Shown here one piece after another: positions 37,333 through 51,242 of a stretch of DNA of 64,000 bases (its first letter is position 1; the number at the start of each line of letters is the position of its first letter). Position numbers and translations under genes: made by a program. Where the stretch lies: positions 1-64,000 of the forward strand of contig CAJNYD010000449.1 of assembly GCA_905331295.1 (NCBI GenBank), given 5' to 3'. The notes under the pieces were generated by a model that was not told the origin of the DNA, did not search any database, and saw only the letters and a program-made list of their open reading frames with translations. The stretch comes from Rotaria socialis (taxonomy: Eukaryota).

Positions 37333-40300
37333 TCAACATAATGACGATAAACGAGAATTTTTAACAATATGGTCTTTAGCATCTGGAAGATGATCGACTT
37401 GATGAGCCAGTTTAGTAATGTTTCGTATGCCAGTATGGATAATTCGGTCGAGTTCTGATTGAATACTTTGAACTAATTCTTTATCTGGAAACATTTGACT
37501 AAAACGAGAACTAAATATAAATGAAAAAAAACAATATTCGAATGATTTCACAGCTTAAAACAGATAAATTTTCACCTAAGCCATAAATAAAGATCAAAAC
37601 AATCGAAAACTTCTTCTAAATGAACTAAATTGGCAATTGTATTCGGCGTTTTAAGTGGCCAATCTACATGTTTAGAGAGCCAATCAAAGGTAGCTGGTTC
37701 ATTGAGACTGAACTGACGAGCATACTATGAAGGCAAACCGTAATATCGAATCAACGTCTTGAAAATGACAGATTCGCTTACTTTCAAGTACATAGAACAA
37801 ACAAAAGTCATATTTTTATTGATTGGAGCACATGAAAATACATAGCGAACTCGAATCGGTAATGGAACATGTTCAATCATATCTGCCAGAAACTTCATAT
37901 TTTCAATATTACACATAAAGAATAAATTATTATCTAATTGTGAAAGATTTATAAATGTTTCCTAAAATAAAACGAATCTATTCATAAAATCTAAACTTTC
38001 TTTTTTTTTATAGACATACCATTAAATTCGACAGTGAATGTTTAGGTAGATAATAAGCAAACATTTCAATTTGTTCAGCAGTTGGATGTAGTCCAGCACG
38101 CTATAGAAAACAATATGAAGCAATCAATAATTAGATCTCTTTCTAATCTGCCCAGAGACAAAAAATGCTTTTAAATGAGATAAGGTTTAGGTACCGTTCA
38201 ATGTTTTATTTCAAGTTTAATTTTTTTTTATAGTTTATCTAGACTCAAGAATTTGAAAGTTCTCAAAAGATTTATGTATAATAACATAGAGATTTATTTG
38301 AATGAAGCTAAAATGATAACAGACGCATCTTTGCCGCAAGACATACACACATATATATATGTATGTCAAATAGCATCTTAAAAAATGAAGAATATCATGA
38401 TCAATCATTTATTATTATTTTTTCTCAGCCTTTGATATTCGGAAATATGTCTTATATTCGATATCATAATGTAGATAATAGATTTCATTGTACACTCGTT
38501 AAATCTTCCGTCTTTTTTCTACAATATACACATGAAGCATGTAAAAAACTTAAAGAAATAATGCACAAAAAATAAAATAGGCATATTAAAACAACATTGA
38601 AATTCGCAACCTCATTCATATGTAACACGTGAGTGGAGCTTTGTAATACAAAATGTTCAGATATCAAATGACTTTTAAACGAAAACATACTTTGATGGTT
38701 TCTACTTGTCGATGAATAATATCTTTCAGTACCAAGGAATCATCATGTCGAAATGTTGTTACTTCACCATCCGGAAATGCAGTTGCGAATCTAATAGATA
38801 GAGTTAGAAATTAAAAAGTATACACATAAATAATTTTCTCCGTAGTTACCTTCCAGCTCGACCAGCAATTTGTAGAGCTTGCGATGTTGTTACATAATTT
38901 TTTTCTTTCTCACCTTGTTCATTTAATTGTGGTTTTGACAGACTATAGAAAATGACACGTTTGATACTTCTAGAAAAAATATCAAACAAAAACAAACAGA
39001 TTTCAAAGAAGCAGAAAATATGTTAAATACATACAAATTAAGACCCATACCAATGGCATCTGTAGCAACCATGATTTTACATAAATCATTTGGATCATTA
39101 AAACGTTGAGCTTGTAATAGTTTAGTACCTAATAAAATATGCATATGATTTATAAACAAAAAGATAAACATGCTAAATATTACTTGGTGGTAAAGATCCA
39201 TATATAACAGCAACTTCATGACCACGTCTTTCTAATTCGCGAGTTACATGAAATATATCATTTTTATTGAAGCATACAAAACAATCGCCAGGTTTCACAT
39301 TATCGAATGTTTCTAGAGATGTGTAAAACAAAATATTTTACTCAAACCATTTGGTCATGTATATTCCTACAGCCAGGAGTGAGCAAAGACAGGCATTTTC
39401 ACAAGTTTCAACCTGAAGATATATCAATCATCCTTAGGTATGGCTTCGAATCATGGCTAATGATATTGACAAATTGATATAGAATACAAGCGAGTGAAAT
39501 GGCACTTTTATGGATAGTAGCTCTTCAGACACTCAAATAAAAACCTATACTTTGTTCATATGAGACTCATTCCACATCGAATAATCGCAACTACAATGGA
39601 AAGGATGTCTAACATTAAAGAATTTCTAATTTACTATTTTACGTCATTCCTGTTGGGAAAAAATGATAGTTGGATATCTGAGAAGTATTTAACGTGATTG
39701 CATCGATAAACTCTGTCAAGAGCATTTAATAATTCAATTAATCGTAGTGAAAAACGTATTGAATGAGCATACGGAATGAAAGTCAGCATTGAATAGATTG
39801 CAATATATATTCTTGTTACAATTTTAATATTCTCTATTTTAAGTCAAATCTCTTTCGAACTCAATAATTATACAATCTTAAGACTTTTATTATTAATAAT
39901 TTATAAAAAGGATCCTAAATATGAATCATAGTTCTCACAAGAGATACTATAAGATTAAATCAACTAACTAATAAAAAATAGATATTCATGATGTGAAGGG
40001 TTACCTACTGCTCGATCTAAATAATTTAATTTTGTTAATCGTTGATATTCTCGAATTTCAAGTTCATCATCACTGATAACCGTTAAGCCTTCTATTAATT
40101 CTCTCGTGGAAATTTCTCCACATAAATGAATTTCTTTTGCCTGAATACCTAGAAGAAAACAATGAAATGTCAACTAGATGATTTGATTTTACCAAGTAAA
40201 GCTCGTGTCCATGCCCAACCACGCTGTGGATCGCGAATCATTTGAATTTCATCAATAACAGCCACATCATCTATCAAAAAGTATTTAAATAGACTAGAGA

Positions 40301-41556
40301 ACTGTCAAGCAATACGTACAAACAGTATTTAAATTGGTCATTTCTACAGTACATGCGATATGACTCGCCGCTTTCCCATCAGAATCACCAAAACGACGTT
40401 CTTCACCAGTGACTAAATCACATTTTGTACCCTAAAGAAAATATTCAATATTTCATAAATAATAAAAATAAAGTAAAAGAAAAACAATTATCTACAGCAG
40501 CATTTGTTTTATGAAAAACTTCAGATGCCAGTAATTTTAAAGGTCCACAATAAATTCCACTTTCACTATTCATAAAACGTTGAAGTGCATGATACGTCTG
40601 TTGAAAACCAAAAAAAGAAAGAAGAAATATTTATAATACATACAAAATGTAACATACTTTGCCACTATTTGTTGGACCAGCATGAAAAATAATTTTCCGC
40701 CGTAAAGCTCTCACATCTGGATACCTAAACCACAATTCATTTATTTTATTTATTCAAAATGATATTTTCTTTCTTTTTTATTGAATTTTACTTACCAGTC
40801 AGCTGAATTCCTTAAATCACTGATTTTTTTCAAATCATCCATACATATCAAATGAGGAAACATTTGTTGTGCATGCCGGAAAAAAAATGGAAACATATCA
40901 GTAACAATACCTGTGCATAACAGAATTAATTCACGAAAATAAACGTTTCTAAGAAAATATTTACCAGCACCACATATGATATCATTTAATACGATTTGAA
41001 AGTCAACAGGTAAAACAGCTGATTGAATAAGAAATTTTCGAAAACTAACATAAGCATTTTTAAAGAGTTGAAGATCAAGGCCTCGATCAGTAGCTAATTT
41101 TTTAACGTCGTCATTCCGATAGAATTCATTTATAACACGCAAAAGGTCATCTAAAAATTTCTTTTAAATCATAGTCACCTGCAAATAAATGTTCATCTTA
41201 CTTCTTTCAAGCTGCTTTACACTCTTACGTTCTTGCTCACTTTTTATATCTTTGTTATTGCTTTGTAATGAAAGTGGATCAAACTCATCCTTGAGAATCA
41301 TTAATTTAACATCATTAGGCCGAAAATCTCGATTTAGACTATCTATCAGTTTATCATTAACATGTGTACGCAGTTTATATTGATGATGAATTGATGTTGA
41401 TGATATTTCATGTCGTCTATTATCGTTAAGATTTGGCATGCGTTTGATTTTGTACGAATGACCATATAGTAATTTTGAATATGAAAACAAACGTTGATAA
41501 GAGTGAAAACAACACGAATCAATGGTCAATAATTGCTTTCTAGTAATATTCATCAT
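37333..41556 (-). CDS. SUPV3L1: Mitochondrial ATP-dependent RNA helicase SUV3
   Basis: [123 protein letters not shown]. Basic N-terminal presequence-like region. Confidence 0.95.
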
Positions 41557-41974
41557 GTTTATTAATGATCTATAATAGAACAAATAATGGATTAGTTGAA
41601 AAATGAATTTGTTTTTAAAATTTTATTCTATTCTAAATCGAATCTAATAAGTTTGGCTAGATTATATATTGGAAGAAGTACAATTCGTGAACAGATTAAA
41701 GAAAATATACGTGTTGACTGAGATGTGTAACAGAAATCAATAAAGATAGTGTAGAAAAGTCTTTTTTCATAAACATATTCAAGTTCACAATTTTTGTAAA
41801 AAACAAAATGTTCAAATGTGTCTCATGTACTTATATACGATTATTTTCTACTCGGTTTTGTAAATTTTTCTATATAAAAAATCTAAGAAAGCATCGAACA
41901 TGACAAAATTTGTATATATCAATTCATTTTGATGCAAACTAATAAATGATTTCAAAGGTAATACAACAAGAATA

Positions 41975-42652
41975 CTATAAACTTATGAGATGATGCTGGG
42001 AGAGTTCACAAACAATTTCGATAGGCGTTTGAACAGAATCGTGTGGCAATGGATTATTTGTGAGGTATTCCTGTGAGTATTTCAGTCTTGTACATTTCGT
42101 CCAATGATGAAATGTAATCATCGGTCTACGAAGAAAGAAATAAAGAATTTAGTATTCTCCTACTTGTCGAATACGTGTTATTTCTTTCTGTATGAGACAT
42201 GTTTCCTGCAGTATGCTTTCGTCGAGTCCATGCAAACAAGTTCTACTTTCAATTTGATCCGATAACAAGTCAAAAAAGGGAATATGGTAAATTTCTTGAA
42301 AAATGACTATCATGCATTAAAACACAGAAATTCGTAAACCAAATCCTTTGGATCTTTCTCAAAGATTTTAAAAAAAGTCGGCAATATCATATCAACTGAA
42401 TCAAAAGTTTAACATGAACAAAGAAGACTAACAAGATGAGTAAAGTGATTCTTGAAACAATAGTGCAAAGTATTGATTTTATTCTTAACAACAGTATATT
42501 ACGGATTTCTTCAAACAGTTTGATTATTTTTTATTACAATTCTGGAATAGATCTCAATCGAATCGGAAACAAATAAGATAACATTTCAGATTTTTCTCTT
42601 TTTCGACAGTATTAAAGTTTATTTTCTGTCATTGAACTGATATTTGCTTTCA
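41975..42652 (-). pseudogene. Degenerate spliced gene remnant, family unknown
   Basis: Protein-like segments (MKANISSMTENKL*YCRKREKSEMLSYLFPIRLRSIPEL**KIIKLFEEIRNILL; EIYHIPFFDLLSDQIESRTCLHGLDESILQETCLIQKEIT) separated by short GT-AG intron-like gaps, with in-frame TAA stops. Confidence 0.3.
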
Positions 42653-43327
42653 TGCAAAATAATGAACAAATATTCACAAAAATAATCAAATAAAGATAGA
42701 TTTCAAGTAAAAAGAGATAATTGGAGAACACATGTAAAAATAAAGAAATATCTTGGAAAAATTATTAATTTATCATGAAAACAATCTTCAACTATCTGTT
42801 ATACCACAAGTGGGATAAAAAAAAATATTTCCTCTTTATGTCAATATAGAGAAGTTTCAATAACTAGGTCTATATTCTATTCGAAATATTTTCTTTTAAA
42901 ATGATTTAATATCTTAAATATAAATCTTTGATACAATCATTTCTATTTTATTCATATCAAACTTTGTTTGTAATTTATGATCAATAATGATCACCATTAA
43001 AAGAAAAAAGAAATATTTCATATAATCATAAATCTATAGATGTTTATCTTTTTTCTCTAAAAACAAAAGAAAAAATAACAACAAATATTCGTTTCTTCTT
43101 GCTATAAAGTTGTCTATACGCGACTGTCAGACAGCATTATATATTTTTTTTATTGTCGAAAGACAAAAGATCCACTCTCGTCAGTTATAACATGAGCGAG
43201 AATAAAATGAAAAGAAAAATAGACAAAAAAAGTATTTTTTTTTTTATTGTTGTTGTTTACGATGTTGATATAAATACTTAGTATTGCTGACAGTTTTGTA
43301 AATGACAACATTTATCCTTATTTATTA

Positions 43328-44703
43328 TTATGTTTTCTTTGATTTTGATTTTTTACTTGAATTGCCAGCTGATTTTTTCTTCGCAGCTTCATCCGGTTCA
43401 TCTTCAAAATCTTCATCACCATCATCTTCAACAGCGTCCATCGCTTCTGTACTATTCGCACCAGCCCCTTGTTGTTGATTACCGGCAGCTTTCTTCTTTT
43501 TCTTATTTTTTTTCTTTTTTTGCGTTGAACTTGTTAATAATTGTTTAATATCACCATCCATTTTATATTCTGATTCATATAAATCTAAATCAATTGGTAA
43601 ACCTGTTATTTTCATTTGACCACTTGGCATAAGTAAAAGTGTAAATTTAAATTCAGCAACGAATTCGCCATCTTTTTCTTGATAAACAGGATATGGTTCA
43701 ACAAGATCATGTTTAGCACATTCAATAACGCCCATACGTGCACGTTTTTCATCTTCGAAATGTCTTAATGTAAATGGCATCAATGAAAAGCGCTTTTCAA
43801 CTTCAGATAAAAATACACGCGATGATTTCATACGTAATTGATAAATAAAATCTTTTTTCTTGTATACTGTTGTACGTATATCAGTTTCACGTGGTTTACC
43901 TTCACCAGATGACATAAGAACATCAACGGCATAAACTTCATGTAAAGCAAAATCTTGTTTTTCAATGTCACGTTTTTGCATCTCAGTTGGATTTTGATAA
44001 ATTTTCTTTTCACCATCAATAATACCTCGTGACATTTGATATGACATCATACCTAAATTTATAGATTTTCATAGTTTTCAAATGAATATAGAAATATTAT
44101 TTTTATACCTTCAACCGGTTTGCAATGAAAGACATTAGCAATACGATCGGTCATTTCTGTGACAGCCATATTATTTTCATTTGGTTTAATTAAACGAAGA
44201 GCAGCTTCAGCAGCATAATATGCAGCAAGAATGCAATCAGCTCGTCGTCCAGTAACCTTTTTTTCTCGCGTAGCACCAACAATAATTGTATGTGCAACAA
44301 CAGCAACATAACCGTCAATATGACAACCTAAGTCAATTTTAACAACGTCATCATCTTTTAATATCATATCTGGATCAGATACTAATGGACTAAAATGACA
44401 TATATAATTATTAATTGATAAGCATGTTGGAAATGCAATTCCTTTTTTAACATCTTTATCTTTTTTGAATACACGTGCTGTTTCTTCTTCTAAACGTTTA
44501 TCTCCATAAATACATGTATCTTTAACAGATGCACCTGGTACGCATCGATCAATAACTTCACGAAGAATACGCTGTGTTATTTCTGATGCCATCTTATATT
44601 TAGTAACAACGAGATCACTTGCAATTGTTTCTTCTTGTGCTGTTTTCGATGATGTCGACTCGCCTGATGACGACGAGACGCTTGCTGAACGAGACGACGA
44701 CAT
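43328..44703 (-). CDS. PA2G4: Proliferation-associated protein 2G4 (EBP1)
   Basis: [63 protein letters not shown], and a Lys-rich C-terminal tail. One coding intron at ~44054-44108. Confidence 0.97.
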
Positions 44704-45702
44704 AATCGATGGATATTATTAGTTGAGAGAACGATATCTAATAACCGAAAAAAAAAAAAAATTACGAAAAAAAAATTAATATAATCTGTGTTCATCTATG
44801 ACGAAATAGAAAGAATTGCTTCAGAACATAAGCATACCATGAGAGATGATTTATGACCTCAATATGATTTTGAAAAATTGAATCTCCATGTGTGAATTAT
44901 ATTTAAAAGTTTTTATAAAAGAGTTTATTTGAAATTAAATTAGTTTTAAATTCACTTTTGAAAATATACTGAGCAATGAATACGTTATCTAATTGGTTTA
45001 AACTAACCAATGAGCGTTGATATGAATAAAACGCTGAAGGTTTGGATGGATTATTTTATTAAAAACATTATATTCGATTTGATGAGTGTTCGATAGTACA
45101 GTTGAACTATATTCAAAACAAAAAAATAAATAATAAATAAAGATTTAAATTCTTTTTGTTTTTTCAAATAATTTGGTGTAATTCACGAAAATATCTTGAA
45201 TTATCGAACTCGAATGACTACAGTTCCATCTTGACATACATATAAATAAAAAATCATTTTGTTCCTTAAAATTTCTGAATGCAAAATATGATATTAATCG
45301 TGGTACAATAATGCAGATTGTCAAAAAGGATCAATTACAGTAGACAAAGTAGAAAACGAAATGATCGACTCGTCTTAGAAAAATATTTTCTTTGCAAAAT
45401 TACTGAATTATTTTTTAAGGTGATTTCATATGTCAGGAGAATTACTCACATTGTACCAGTATCACTTCTTTTGCTATCAAATAATGTAATTATATTCGAA
45501 TATATTTTCATTGCTATTTCTATGTTAATATTAAATATTTAGTGAAGATTTGTATTAATGGATTTGATGATTGTACAAGTTCGTCGTATATTAACGACAT
45601 AAGAATCGCTCGATCAGTAGACACAACCAAAACTATGCTATGTTTATCGTTTAGTAATGTTTATGGGTTCATTGGCTAAGTATTAATACCAGTAATTTGT
45701 AA

Positions 45703-46098
45703 TAGAGCCCCAAACAGGCCACGTCTTCGAGGCCTGTAGGCCTGTCAGCATTTTATAGCTAAAACAAAAATGATGAGAGATTAGAAACTAGAGGTACATA
45801 CAGAGCACCGAGTGTACTTTTATACCTGGAGGTAGCCAACCTGTCATAGGCATAGACCACGATTTTTGGAGAAGTGAAACTGACAGGCTCAGACAGGCCA
45901 AAAATTGCTTGAACCTCTGATAAGTACTGGTCTGAAACTCGTGGTCTATGCCTATGATAGGCCGGTTATCTCCAGGTATAAAAGTACACTCGGTGCTCTG
46001 TATGTACCTCTAGTTTCTAATCTCTCATCCTTTTTGTTTTAGCTATAAAATGTTGACAGGCCTACAGGTCTCGAAGACGTGGCCTGCTTGGGGATCTG
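45703..46098. mobile_element. hAT-like foldback MITE with ~160-bp TIRs
   Basis: Near-perfect long inverted arms (TAGAGCCCCAAACAGGCCACGTCTTCGAG... / ...CTCGAAGACGTGGCCTGCTTGGGGATCTG) and a perfect 8-bp TSD ATTTGTAA (45695-45702; 46099-46106). Confidence 0.92.
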
Positions 46099-47986
46099 AT
46101 TTGTAACACTGTCTCTGGTACATTGAGTTTAGATATTTTTCGTGTCTTGTGTTGAATTTTTTCAAGAATTTGTGAAATTAAACATCGATTAGCTTCATCA
46201 AATATAAAATATTATGAAAAGAATTACATTTGACTTTTTGAGAACTTTCTCTTAGTCAAATTTCATTCATTTTCTGTACAGAAATATCTACTGAATATTA
46301 GTCAGTAATGATCAATCTTTTAGCAACGGTTGTAACAAAAAAAAATACAGTGAATTGAAATAGATTCAATGTTTATCATATAAGAACATTGAATAAGATC
46401 AGTTTTTTTCATTGAAACAATCATAGCTATCCACAACGAATTATAGATGTGCACAATTTGATCAGGAACATTACATATTTGTATGATATTGGAACAGAAT
46501 CAACATCAATATTCATAGGAATATGCTTGCTAACTTGCTAATCTTCAAATATTAAGATTGCTTTTGATTTGAAAGCAAAAACATCTTTTTATCACAATTG
46601 ACTGCCACCAGAAAATCATCTTAATCGATTATTTGACTTTTTACTTTTCATAAGTAGTAAATCTTACGCATTGCAGAGGATTGAAAATGATTTCACGTTT
46701 TTATAACAAACACTTAATGAACATTATTTCGCATTGACACATCATATATTTCATGAGAACTAATTAGGAGAGTCAGTGCTATTAACTAACGTACTCATCT
46801 GAAGCATATCTAATAACATTTAAAGTATGCTTAAAAACAAACAGTGCCAAATTGTGGACAAATCGATGCAAATAATTTTTAACTCACATCGAGAGTGAAA
46901 AACAAAATATGACAAGATATTGCATCAAGATTCTATAAAACTCGTGGTGAAGTTTATTCAACTACTGAGGTTTATTTCATTGCATAGTGTGGATATGAGT
47001 TGCCTTCAGTAGTACGAACAAAATTCTGACTGAATTCGAGTCCATGGTCTAATGATAAAAAAAGTTGAATAAGTTTTGGGTTGGTACTTTACCCCTAGAC
47101 ACAGTAGATAGAAACTAAATGTAATTCTAAAATGCTTCAGATAAATGCACAAATATTTCACAAGATATTACTTTTTGCAAAAATACCTACAACTTTTAAC
47201 CGAACGAAATAATACTCAATTCTATTTTGAATTCAAATATTTACAGGAACCAAATGTTCATTGTCATTGAAGACTTCCGAACTATATAATGATTATCAAT
47301 CTCTATAATCAATCGAATTTAGCTTGAAAATCTGTACTTTGAATTTTTCGTAAATGGTTTTTCTTAACGAAATTTTAATGCAACGACCCTAATTCTTCTT
47401 AAATAGACTATAGATGTGAATCCTTCTAAAGCTTTTTAGTATCCATAATATCACGTTAAATGTGATCTCTCATAATTAGTGAGGAATCTATTGAATATTT
47501 TCGATTGAACTCTAACACGAGGTAGCATATTTACAAGGAGATACTATTTTTCTCCTTGAATTTATTTCATGCTAGGCATGCAGCATGAGTGATCTAATTT
47601 ATTTGTTATTGTAGCTTTAGAATACTATAATAGCAACTTTGTTGTTTGTAATCATTTTTAAAATGACACTTTTTGACATAATATTGTAATTCTTTTAGCA
47701 TCGATGTCATCAATTCTTCTATTTTGATTAAAACTTGAATAGTTTCAAAAAGTTAAGTTTTATCATGTTCTTACGATTTTCTTTTGATTAGTTTGCTCAA
47801 ATCTTCGATATGTTGTTACTTTTTTCTTTTTTACAGAATTTTGGTTTCAAACATATAATTTCTCAAACAAAAAAAAAGCAAAACAAAAAAAATAGAAAAA
47901 GTTCAAAAAGATTCACTATATCTTACAAAAAAAATGTATCGATCTAGATTTATATCGAAACTTTACTGTTGTCTTTTGAAGAAATA

Positions 47987-50359
47987 TTACTGTTGTTGAT
48001 GATTATTATTGTATTGACTAAACAGAATAATAATTGATTGTATCTGTGATTGATGCATTGGAGAAAGAAACAGAGATTGTTCTAATAGAAGATTCATGTC
48101 ATCAATCCATTTGGGAAACGCACGTGATAATCGTTCACAATGACGAAAAACAAACAGATAGAACCAATGTTCTGATATAACGGTTGTTGATGGGAAATTA
48201 TTTTGAATACAATGTAAATATTCTTTTTCAGCAAGACTGCGGCATGCTGAAAATGAATGATTGGATGATGAAATCATCTCACGATTTATTGTTTCTTCTT
48301 CGTATGATGTTAACGGATGAAAACAAACAGATGAAGTGTGTGTTAAACAAGGTTGGACTTCATTTTTCTCTGTAGACATATCGGATAAACAAACTATATC
48401 ATTCTAAAATAAAAACAGAATCATGTTTCCTATAATGAATTGGAAGAGTTGTTTTTTTTCTAGGTACTAGCTCCTCTGGATTCGTACTAAACAATTCTAA
48501 AATGTCTTCAGTATCATTTTCTTGCGCTCTTAATAGTGTTGATATGTCTTCGTTAATAATAGTTTCTCTAGTTGGCGCCTCATTAATCGATTGGGATTGA
48601 TTAATTTCATCCCAATACCACCATTCGTTTTTAAGGACGATAATACGTTTTTGTAATGAAAATTGTGATAATTTAACAGTTTGTTGAATTGCAATATTTA
48701 AATTTTTTTTATCTTTCAATGTTAATTTTTGTTCTTCGTGTGTTCTTTTTTTCGTCTAAATCAAACGAAAAATATGATGGTTTTCGATTTAATGATTTTG
48801 TTTTACTTTACGAAGCCACCCCTTTCGTTGCTGAGAAAATTTTGCCGTTCCAATAAATGGTAAAACCCGCGTTTGTTGAATCCAACTTCGTTCAGCAGTT
48901 TCACCAAAAAAGAAAACATGTACATAACTAGATTGCCCTAAAAGTCGTTTATTAAGAGAAAAAATTTCTAATGAAATATGACTTATACTTTGTTCTTCAA
49001 GAAATATTACCTTTATGACGAATCCACTCTTGATTTTCTTCCGTGAATATGACAGCAGGCCAAAACGGTGCTGATCCCAACTTAGCCCAAACAAGTTGTC
49101 CAAAATGAGCTGAAGTAGATGATGCTAAACAGACGAGAGAATAAGTGTGAATTGATACGATTTAGTTTGTAGTAAATTTATAATCTTTTAGCTTGATATC
49201 AATAGACTAACACATTGCAAGTTTTCATTATTTTCTATTATTCATTATGTATACATCATGAAAGTTTTTGTCAATTAAAATTTTTTACTAGATGAGACAA
49301 TGTACTTCATAGATTTTATTTTTTGTTCGTTATAGAAATGTTTGATGTCTTTGCTTAATTGCATAGATTTATTTCACGATACTAGAACTATTAGAGTTCT
49401 TCTTTCAAATCAAATTTCATCTATAACATTGAAATGATGATAAATACATTCAAAACATAATATACTGTCTGAAAACCTCACAAGTGATATGAGTTTTAAT
49501 TTTCATAGTTTTGGCATAAGTTACAAATAATTTCTGTCACTATTTTTTTGAGAAATATGCTTTTTCATAATTACAAATCGATAAATATCCTGTTTGCTCG
49601 TTTCTGCTTGAGCCTTTTGATCTGGTATTTTGCTAATTTCTGAAGAATGTTCATTGTCCTTTTTCTTCGAAACTGCAGATAAGTTTGCAGTGCTTGGAAA
49701 GGCTTGTTTTCTTTTTTGTTCTACCTAAAGACTTCTATAAGTAAACGATCATCTTTTTAGATATTGAATTCATCATCCAGTTTCTCTGTATTAATAGTTA
49801 GAAACTAATTTTGAAAAAAGGCTCTATTTAACCATCGAAGTGTGTAAGGCTCTTTCAGTAAAAAATATGAAATCCATACAATGACAATTTATAAATTCAT
49901 TTCTTTTATCCCAAGAGCTACTTTTTATTTTTTACGCATTTAGTATTTTTCAGGAACATCGTCATACAGGACTGAAAATTTAAGTGTAGTATCTTCATTA
50001 GTCTAAATATTTCATGCGATTTGAATGTAGCTAGCATAATATCTAGATTTGAGAGAGACAATCTTAAAACTAACTAAATTTGCCAGAGGAATCAATGGCT
50101 ATTTATAATTATAGTCCACATTCGTTAGCTTTTAACACACACATATCATTGTTCGTCACTTTATATATTGATTTCTGAAGATTAAGTGATAATATCTGCA
50201 AAAAATGAAGTTATCTTAATACTTTAATTTCAGTCTGATTAAACTTTCTGAAGAGAATGATATCCATAATTGAGAACACTATTGGTTCACTAATTCGATC
50301 AAAGTCTACTTCTTCTTACTGTCTAATGAATCTGTTGTTAATTTATTCTTTGAAGTCAT
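47987..50359 (-). CDS. PWWP-domain protein with C-terminal CENP-B-like HTH
   Basis: Exon 49124-49011 gives FGQLVWAKLGSAPFWPAVI and the next exon YVHVFFFGETAERSWI (NSD-type PWWP). A phase-compatible first exon 50359-50320 encodes MTSKNKLTTDSLD (less certain). C-terminus: LTSYEEETI...ISEHWFYLFVFRH. Confidence 0.75.
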
Positions 50360-51242
50360 TCTTTTCAATCTAAAATATAGAACGTTAGGTATTATAAGTC
50401 ATATATTTTAATTCAGATAAGATAGAAAGTAGACCAAAAAAATGAATATGAAACAGATAGCGTCAAAGACAAAAAAAAGATATACGAGCAAATCGTATCC
50501 AGAAAGAGATCGTATATACAATATTAGTAAATAAAAGAACAAAAAACAAACAAGCAAACGAATCATTCTTGATTATCAAATAGAATATTGAGTGAATCGA
50601 CAATCTAAAAAGAATCAATCATAAATATTATCAATTATGAGACTCGGCAACAGATAAAACGCCAAAAAGAAGCATTTAAGTGTGACTTTAAACAACTTTA
50701 AACTCCGCACTTTACGGTCAATTTAAAGTTAAAATGCCACCTCTACTATCAACTATGTAATTCAAATTCAAATACTGATTTAAATAATCGGAAAAGTTCC
50801 TTCACAGGTGCCGCTTTTTATGAAGGTTTCATAGAAACACTGTATGACAAAGAATTTAAAAAACATCGAACAAGGTAGTTTTCAACTGTCTGAAGATGTT
50901 CTGCAATTTGATCTCTAAGCAAGAGTACTCTACAGTCTCTGTTGAGTCTACTCGGAAATTTCTAGGTATCATCAATTCTGAGAACTAAATCTAAATATTA
51001 AAAAAAAAGAGAAAAACTTCTAAAAAAGCAATTATTTTGCTTGTGCCTTTGCCGTAAGAGGGCTTATAAAGTACTTAACCAACTCTCATATTTAGATCGT
51101 CTCAAATGAGAGTGTTAAAAATAAACTTGATTGACATGTTCTAGAATTTGGCAAAAAAAGCAATTTTTCTATGTGATTAGTTCAACAAAGAGGCCTTGTT
51201 CTAATCAATTTGATTCAAGATCCTATATATTTTATTACATAA

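Noticed and set aside
37150..37345. Possible frameshifted C-terminal extension of SUV3
   Set aside because: The conserved domain is complete before the 37333 stop; downstream frames are short and cannot be told apart from UTR.
46360..46810. Protein-like broken frames suggesting a pseudogene
   Set aside because: Too many stops and no convincing family motif.
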